Assembly (NCBI GenBank): GCA_964609775.1
Contig: CAZSSJ010000001.1
Location: 22,858 to 86,857, forward strand
Length of the DNA: 64,000 bases
Source of the DNA: an uncultured Gammaproteobacteria bacterium
Lineage (GTDB): Bacteria > Patescibacteriota > Microgenomatia > JAMCZE01
Direction of reading: 5' to 3'
Position 1 is the first letter of the stretch; each line of letters opens with the position of its first letter. The translations under genes were made by a program, and so were the position numbers. Below are positions 11,901 through 20,900 of the stretch, piece after piece. The notes under the pieces are model-generated. The model was not told where the DNA came from and made no database searches. It worked only from the letters and a program-made list of their open reading frames with translations.

Positions 11901-14900
11901 ACCGGGACGATGGCGATCGCGACGGTTTCGGGGGCGACGTCTTTTGCGGCCCTCACCGTGGATAACTCCGGCGTCGGGGATTTGTTTACGGCCAGTTCGT
12001 CTGGCTTAAACAGGTTCGTGATTACCCAGAACGGCAACGTCGGCATCGGGACGACGGCTCCAGTTGGACTGCTTGATGTCGCGGCAACGGCCCCCTTCGT
12101 TATCACTTCGGCGGGCCAGGTCGGCATCGGGACGACCTCGCCGGTGGGACTGCTGCATGTCCAGGGGGCGTGTGTGACGGGGGACACATTGTTGAAACGA
12201 CGGCGTAAGAAATGGCGGACACGCAGGTCCGCCCCTACGGAAATGGGACCGGATCCAGAAGGGGATGCTGAATCCACCAAAAAATCCGCTTACGCGGACT
12301 TGGTAAACCAGATCGGCTTGCTAAATGGCTGGCTTGATACCCTTACGGGTAATATATCAGATGGTGATGAAATTGTCAAGGATCAGATGGGCATGGACCT
12401 GCCGGGAGTTGAACCCGGTAGGCTTGGGGTATCAAGCCAGCCTAGCAAACCTGCCAGGCCCATGCCAATGAATAGTATAGCAGACGATGGTGACTATTAC
12501 TGGGAAGATGTGCGGATTGATGAAATTGAGGCGGGGGATGAAGTGATGACCCTGGATGAAAAGAGCGGGGAGTTTGTAGCCAGCACGGTTAAACAATTGA
12601 TGGTGATGGGGAATAAAAAGATCATTAAACTGACAACCGAGAGTGGAAAGACCATTCGGACAACGGAAAAACACCCTTATCTGGTCAAGGTCAAAGGAGA
12701 AAATCAGAAAACAGCCTTCGCTTTCATTGATGAAACAGGAATTACACTTGATCCCGGCCAACACCATCTTGGGGTGGGGGCTCTTAATAAAAAGGAGGAT
12801 GGTGCCTTAAAAGACACGTTTTGTCAAGGGGGAGGGAAGGTGTTTTGGCGTCAAGTTTCAACTCTCAAACCGGGAATGTTGATCGCGACAGTTGATGGCT
12901 TTGAGAAGATTATCAGGATTGAGGAACTGCCCGAGGAGATGGTTTATGACATTGAAGTGGAAAACACCCACAATTTTGTGGCCGGGCACTATGTCGACCA
13001 GGCTTCACAGACGGCGTTAAAAGCGGAGGAGGAAAAGTTTCTCTGTCTTTATCAACAAAACACGTTAACGAGAGAGTTTTCTCTTTTCGACCTTACCGAA
13101 GAAAATCCAAGCCAGAAAAAGGGCAATAAGCCCCAATCCAACTCCTATCCAGGCAGCGATATAAAATTGATCCAAAGTGGTGATCATATGTTTTCAAATA
13201 GCCAGTCTTCTAATTTGATGGCTATCCAGCTACAGAGCGTAGCAAAGATGAGGTTTGCTGTCAAGGCCAAGATGGGGTTGGACGAAGCGAATGATGCAAA
13301 AGCACCAAATATGAACCCAGTGGATAGGTTTGAGAGTATAGATGAAACTACCTTGACTTGGCTAGGGCGAATATTAAAAGAAAACTCCATTAACTTGACT
13401 TTAGACGAAGCGCTTTGTCTTATCAATAAATATGAGTCTGGGGAAATTGTTTATGGGGGCATTGTGGCGCATAACACGACGGGGAAGGCCCTGGCGAATC
13501 TGAACTACACCGGAACCGATCAGGCAATCTTTACAGCTTCTCAGGGAGGAGTGTTGAAGTTTTCTCTTAATGGCATCGGAACAGAGCATACGGCTTCGGT
13601 GGCGGGGACAACGTCTAAGGCGGCTCTGATTGTGGACAACACAATCGGGGATTTGTTCACGGCCTCGTCATCGGGCTTGGCTCGCTTTGTGATAACACAA
13701 AGCGGCAATGTGGGGATTGGGTCCGCCGCTCCCAGCGTCGCTCTGGATGTCACCGGAGCGGGGAAGACGAGTGGGGCCTTTACGGTGGGGAATAATTTGA
13801 CGGTGACGGCCGGGGGCCTCACGGTGACGGCCGGGAACATTGCCCTGACGGGGTCGCAGACGATTGACGGGACCGGGACGCTGACAATTGGCGGCACTTC
13901 GCAGACGTCGCTGGCGTTGGGGAGGAGCGGGGCGCAGACGACGATTTCCGGCGGGCCGGTGGTCGTCAACGGCGCTTCCTTTGCCTCGGCAGGGACAACG
14001 ACATTCACCGGCGGGAATGTGGGGATCGGGACGACGACGGTGACGGATTTTGCTTTGGAGATGGGCGGGAGCATCGGGCCGGTGACGACCGATCAATATG
14101 ATTTGGGGTCGGCCGCTCTCGAATGGAATAATTTGTATGTCAAAAACATTATTTCAACGGGGACGACGGCCGGATTTTGGCAGCGGGCGTCGGGGGTGCT
14201 GGCTCCGCAGAACATTACAGACTCGCTGATTATTGGCGGGACGGCAACATCCTCCGGGAAATTCCAAGTTTACGGCCTATCGGCTCTTAATCCAGTGGCG
14301 AGCATTTCCGGGTCTTCGGCAGTGGCCGCGCTTATGGTCGATAACACAGTGGGAGATTTATTTACGGCCTCATCGTCGGGACTAAATCGGTTTGTGATTA
14401 CTCAAAATGGAAATGTGGGGATTGGGAGCACGGTTCCTGTATCACGGCTTGATACAGGAGGAGGAACAATTTCACTTAATGGTGGGTGGTTGTCGAATGA
14501 TGGTGGAGCTGAAGGTGTGTTTGTTAAAACAGACGGGAATGTGGGTATCGGGACAAGTGCACCAGCCTATAGGCTTGATGTCGTCCACACCACACCGACT
14601 GCGGCAAATGGCAGTGTGTCACCAGATCAAATAGGATTGAGGGTTAACAGGGCCCACTATGTTGGGACCCCTGGACCCTACCCTAATGCTGTTTATGGCG
14701 TTTTGGGTCAAGGCCAAGCAGGTCAGGGGAGTGCCAGTGTGTCTTATTCCAATACGGTGGGTGCTAGAGGTGTGGCTGGACAAGCAATTGTCAATGTTAC
14801 GGGTGGTGCCAGTGTTACGGGTGCAAGTTCATTGTATGCGTTGAATGCTACGATTACTGCTGGAACTTTATCTAATCAATATGGATTATATGTTGAGTCG

Positions 14901-17900
14901 TTATCCGGGGCCTCCAACAATTATGGAGTTTATGTTGCTGGTAATAATTCCTCGTATTTTGGCGGCAACGTCGGCATCGGGACGACGAGCCCGGTGGGAC
15001 TGCTGCATGTCCAGGGGGCGTGCGTGACGGGGGACACCTTGTTAAAAAGACGACGGAAGCGGAAGAGCAAATATGGTGATTGGGAGGAAGACTATTGGGA
15101 AGACATTAGAATTGATGAGATCGAGGCGGGAGACGAAATATTAACTTTTGACGAAACCACTGGCGGATTTACTGCTTCTCAGGTTAGGGAGCTTATGGAT
15201 ATGGGTAAAAAGACCACGTTTAAGTTGGTAACGGAGGGCGGAAAGGAAATTCGGACGACAGCGAACCATCCTTACTTGGTCAAGTCAGCCAATACGAGTA
15301 ATTTCTTCAATGAGACTTTTAAAGTTGTGGCAGAAATTGCCAGGGCCTATTACTTTGCCACTTTAACGTCCTGGGATCCGATTGCTCCGGCCCTGAATAA
15401 TGAGAGAATAAGTATTTCTGAGGAAGGATGGCATCATCTTCATCATAAAGCCAGAAGCAGGGGAGAAATGTTGACGAGGTATTTTGCACTTCCCAAAGCG
15501 GCCGCTCTTCTTGCCAGCAAAGAAGCTCGCGTGACTTATGAACCCGGTGGGGATGGGGTCTCCGAGTTTTGGTCCCTTTATGGAACAGTTGATGATGTTC
15601 AGGTTAAGGTGGTTGTCCGATCAGTCAATAAAGGTCCGAAGTACTTTTACTCTGTCATCTGGAAGAGCGAAGTTAAAGAAGACACTAAAAAAAGAGCTGC
15701 CTCCTGCTTGTATCCGCAGTGTGGGGGAGTGATTACCCCTCAGCTCTTTAATGAGAGGATTATAGACCAGATGAGTGACTTTGTCAAGAAACGAAAGAGA
15801 GACTACCAGCTGGGCTCGTATCTCTCTGGGGAAGATTCTACTACTAAGTGGGTGAAAGTCAAACAATTAAAGCCCGGGATGGAAATTGCCACGGTGGGCG
15901 GGGATGACCAGATTTCTTGGCAGAAGATCAAATCTATTGAAAAAATCGGGGAAGAACAAGTCTTCGACATCGAAGTGGAAAACACCCACAATTTTGTGGC
16001 CAATGGGATTGTGGCGCATAACACGACGGGGAAGGCCTTGGCGAATTTGAACTATACGGGGACGGATCAGGCGATTTTCACCGCTTCGCAGGGGGGAACG
16101 TTGAAGTTTGCTTTGAATGGGACGGGGACGGATTTTACCGCCAGCGTCGCCGGGACGACTTCGAAGGCGGCTCTCATTGTGGACAACACCGTCGGGGATT
16201 TGTTTACGGCCAGCTCCAGTGGCTTAAACAGATTCGTGATTACCCAGAATGGAAATGTGGGCATTGGAATGGCGACGCCTTCTGCTACATTGGAAGTTAG
16301 AAAAGGTCCAATTCCCTCAACATTTGATTCATCTCTTGCTCTCTATTCTGCTGGTCAGTTTGTCAACACGAACACTAACTGGTATGACACGGAATTAAAT
16401 TTACTTGATACTAGGGACCAAGCTGCAGGAGTTGGCGGAAGGCTTGCTTTCGGTGGCGTTTATAGACAAGTTGGGACTACCAATGTAACAACCTTTGCGG
16501 CGATTGGCGGTTATAAAGAGAATTCTACTAGTGGTGATTATGCTGGATATCTCTCGTTTGAAACCAGACCTAACGGTGGAATTTTTACTGAACAGATGAG
16601 AGTTTCTAGTGCTGGCAACGTCGGCATCGGGACGACGAGCCCGGTGGGACTGCTGCATGTTCAGGGGGCGTGCGTGACAGGGGATACTCTGATTCGAGTA
16701 AGACGGCGCAAGAAGAAGAAGAATGGCGAGTGGGAAGATGAATGGCTGGACGTTCCCATTAAAGATATTCAAGCTGGGGACGAAGTGGCCACTCTGGACG
16801 AAAAGACGGGAGAATTCATCGTCTCCAAGGTTAAACAATTAATGAACATGGGGAGAAAAGTGGTCTTTGAACTTTTGACTGAGTCAGGAAAAGTCGTTAA
16901 AACTACAGAAAATCATCCGTATTTGGTTGACCAATCAGGGAAACAAATGGTCTCTGATCTCAGTGCTATCCAGAAGGAAACTTATGAGTTTGCTGAGAAG
17001 TTAGGAAAGAAATACTATGTGAACAACTTGGCTGGCAGGAAGGTTAAGTCTAGGGCTTTGGGCGAATTTGTCGAGTTTAGTCATTCTGGCTGGAACCATT
17101 TTGTGGAGAAAAGCCATTCAATTAATGAACTTATTACTCGATTCTTTGCTTTGCCTCGGGTGGTTACAGTTATCAGATCTAGTCCCCATGTCACTTCATA
17201 TAACATAGTCGAGAAAAAAGACATGACGATTGAATATTGGGAGTTGCAGGAAATTATTGACCATGTTCTTGTTAAAGTTCTAGTCTGCGCTGTTGATGGT
17301 GGACCGAAGTTTTTCTTGACGTGCACTTGGCTCGGGACAAAAGAGAATGAAGGGGTCAAACCAACTAAAAAAGAGCTGTCTCTCTCGCCTAGATCCCGCG
17401 AAATGCAGGACCAGTTGGGTCGACGTCGGGAACTGGTTATCCCTCAGCTCTTTAGTAGGGTGATTATACCAAAGAAAGTCAAGTGGGTCAAGGTCAAGGA
17501 TTTGACTGTAGGTGTGACTATTGCTACCAAAGATGGCTGGGAGAAAGTAGTTTCCATTAAAAAATTGGATGAACAACAAGTTTATGACATTGAAGTGGAA
17601 AACACCCACAATTTCGTGGCCAATGGGATCGTGGCGCATAACACGACGGGCAAGGCCTTGGTGGATCTGAACACCACCGGAGATCAGGCGGTCTTTACGG
17701 CTTCAGTTTCTGGAACGACGAAATTTGTGATTAACAATTCGGGGCAGGTGGGAGTAGGGACGGGGGCAAACAACAATACCCTTTTGGCGGATGTGGATTT
17801 GCGGACGCTGACAAACACTGTACCGGTGGCTTCAATTTCCGGAAGCACCGGAGTGGCAGCATTGGTGGTGGACAATGTTTCCGGCGATGTGTTTACGGCG

Positions 17901-20900
17901 TCAACTTCGGGATTGAGCCGGTTTGTGATTGACAAGAACGGAAATGTGGGGATCGGGAGTTCGGCTCCAGGATACAAACTGGATGTTTCGGGAACGGCTC
18001 ATGTCACCGGAGCAGTCACTTTAGATACGGCCCTGACGGTGGCCAATGGGGGGACGGGAGCCCAGACATTCACAGACAACGGCGTGCTCTTTGGCAACCT
18101 GACGGCCGCCATTGGAGCGACGGCCGAAGGAGCGACCGGGCAGTGCCTCATCGGGAACACCGGGAGCGCGCCATCATGGTCAGCATGTACCACGGCCTCA
18201 GGGCAGTTGTGGCAGGAAGCTTTGGGAGTGGTCGCGCCGCTGAACATCACGGATTCCCTGATTATTGGGAAGATCGCGACACCCAGCGGGGCCATTACCT
18301 CGGGCAGCATGCAGATTTACGGGGTGAACAACCTGACCCCGGTCGCCTCTATTTCGGGGGTCAGTGCGGTGGCGGCGCTCATCGTGGACAACACCGGCGG
18401 GGATGTCTTCACGGCCAGCACTTCGGGACTGACCAGATTTGTGATTGACAAGAACGGCAACGTCGGGATTGGGACAACGAGCCCGGATTATCCACTTGTA
18501 GTAGTAGGGACAGCTTCTGACGGAACACGGACACTTGAGGTAAAAAATTCAGTTGCTGGTAGTATATCTAATTTCCAAGTAACAGGTGATGGTGTCAACG
18601 CTCGCCTTATGGCGTTGTCTAGTTCGTATTCATCATCCGGGGCTTATGCTGCTGATACAGTTGTCTTAGACGACGATCAGGGTTACGCTGCTGGCCTTAC
18701 ACTACTTGCCCGTAATTCAAGTGGGTATATCCGAATGTTTACAGGCGGTTTTGATGACGGAAATGAGCGTCTGAGAATTAACAGCACTGGCAACGTCGGC
18801 ATCGGGACGACGAGTCCGGTGGGACTGCTGCATGTTCAGGGACAATGCGTCATTGCCGGAACAAAAATTAAAAGAAGAAAGAAGAAAGAAAAAAGAAGAA
18901 AGCAAGACACTGCCGGAACGGGGCCGGATCCGGTCGGCGATTGGGACTATGAAGATGTTCCCATCGAACAGATCGAACCGGATGATGAGATTCTTTCCCT
19001 AAACCAGGAAAAGGGCCAGTTTGAGTGGCACAAGGTGGAACAAACCATGAATAAAGGACTCCTGCCGGCCTTGGCTCTGACAACTTCTACTGGAAAGAGA
19101 ATTGTCACGACGGCAAAACATCCATATTTGGCGATCGATCGGCCGGAAACTACTCAAGGGACTTTTGAGGTGGATCAATCAATCAAGATCGAGAATTTGG
19201 GGGCGGCAAGCATTATAGGGTTTGCCCTGGGGAAACTAGCTTTTGCCGTTAAGCTGCCGCAGAAGGATAAGAAGATTATTCTCGCTCGTTATCAGAAGAA
19301 GAACCAAAAAGATGTTTTTGCCCATGAGACTTTTGCCCGATGTGTGGTTGCCGCCTTTAAGATTGCCCGGATTTATCCAGCGAGAATTGCTCTCGATGAA
19401 GAATACACCAGTTACTTCCGAAGAATCGAGAGCGTTATTAAGGAAAGTTTCCCTGACAGCGAGATTTTTCAAACCAACCTTAAGGATGGTTCCGCCGCCC
19501 ACAAAAAGGTCTGGGCTGTTAATAGGGGAATTTTAAGAGAGGATGCTGTTCTAAGTTTGGAATCGGGAGAATTAAAAGAAAGGCCGGGGGTTAAATCAAC
19601 CTTCAGAATGCCTTTGCCCCTGGTTGGTTACAGGGGGACCAGTCATCCACACGGCCTTTACTATGGAGAATTCTACTCCACGGAGCGGGAATTGTCAAGA
19701 GCAAAGTGGGTTAAGGCCGCGGAGGTTAGGAAAGGGATGTGTGTGGCGACGGAGGATGGTTTTGAGAAGGTCACAGGGATTTCCGATGCGGGGCAGGTGG
19801 CGATGTATGATCTGCAAATTGCCAACACTCACAATTTTGTGGCCAATGGGATTGTGGCGCATAACACGACGGGGAAGGCCCTGGTGGATCTGAACACCAC
19901 CGGGGACCAGGCGGTGTTCACCGCCAGTGTTTCCGGAAACACCAAGTTTGTGATTAACAATTCAGGACAGGTGGGAGTGGGAACCGGAGCAAACAACAAC
20001 ACGCTGCTGGCCGATGTGGATTTGCGGACGCTGACAAACACGGTTCCGGTGGCTTCAATTGCCGGGAGCACGGGGGTGGCGGCTCTGGTTGTGGACAATA
20101 CAGCCGGGGATCTTTTCACCGCCTCGTCAAGTGGGCTATCAAGATTTGTGATTGACAAGAACGGGAATGTGGGGATTGGGACGGCGGCGCCGACGGCTCT
20201 GGTGTCTTTAGCTAACTCGAACTATACGACGCAAAACATGTTGAACGTGGCGGGGACGTCGACAGGGTTGACGACCGGGTCACTGGCGAGTTTTGACTGG
20301 AGTCCGACGGACTGGTCGACCTCGAGCGGGAATTTGGTGAATATTAATCTTGGCAGTTTGGCCGACACGACGGGAAACATCTTTAATATTTCCGATGACG
20401 GCAGCTCGATCTTCTCGGTTTCGCCGCAGCAGATTGTCAACTCGTTGCCAACGTCATTTAATGCCGCCGGAGATGTGGCGATTGCCTATGACATTAATTT
20501 CACCAATCCGACGGCATCATACATTAAATCTGCTGCACCCATGTATTTGCAGGCAGGGGAGCTATTTAATTCCTCGGATTTGACGTTGAAGACCTTTAAC
20601 AAAGGCTTGATTGTTCTGGATCCAGATGAAGCGGTCACAATTGATGGGGCGGCTTCTGTGTCGGGGCAGCTCATGGTCGGCAGTACGACAGCGGCGCCGG
20701 CGCAGTTTGGCAAGTTCTATGTGACGGACTCTAACACGGCCACTTCTTCAGCCTTCATTGAAAACACTAACACAGCTGCAGCAATTTCGGGTTTGGTCAT
20801 TAAGCTGGGGAGTACGACCCTGGACACCACCTCGCATTTTGTTAATTTTCTTGATTTGAACGGCAAGATGATTGGCAACATTCGGGCAGCTAACACGACA

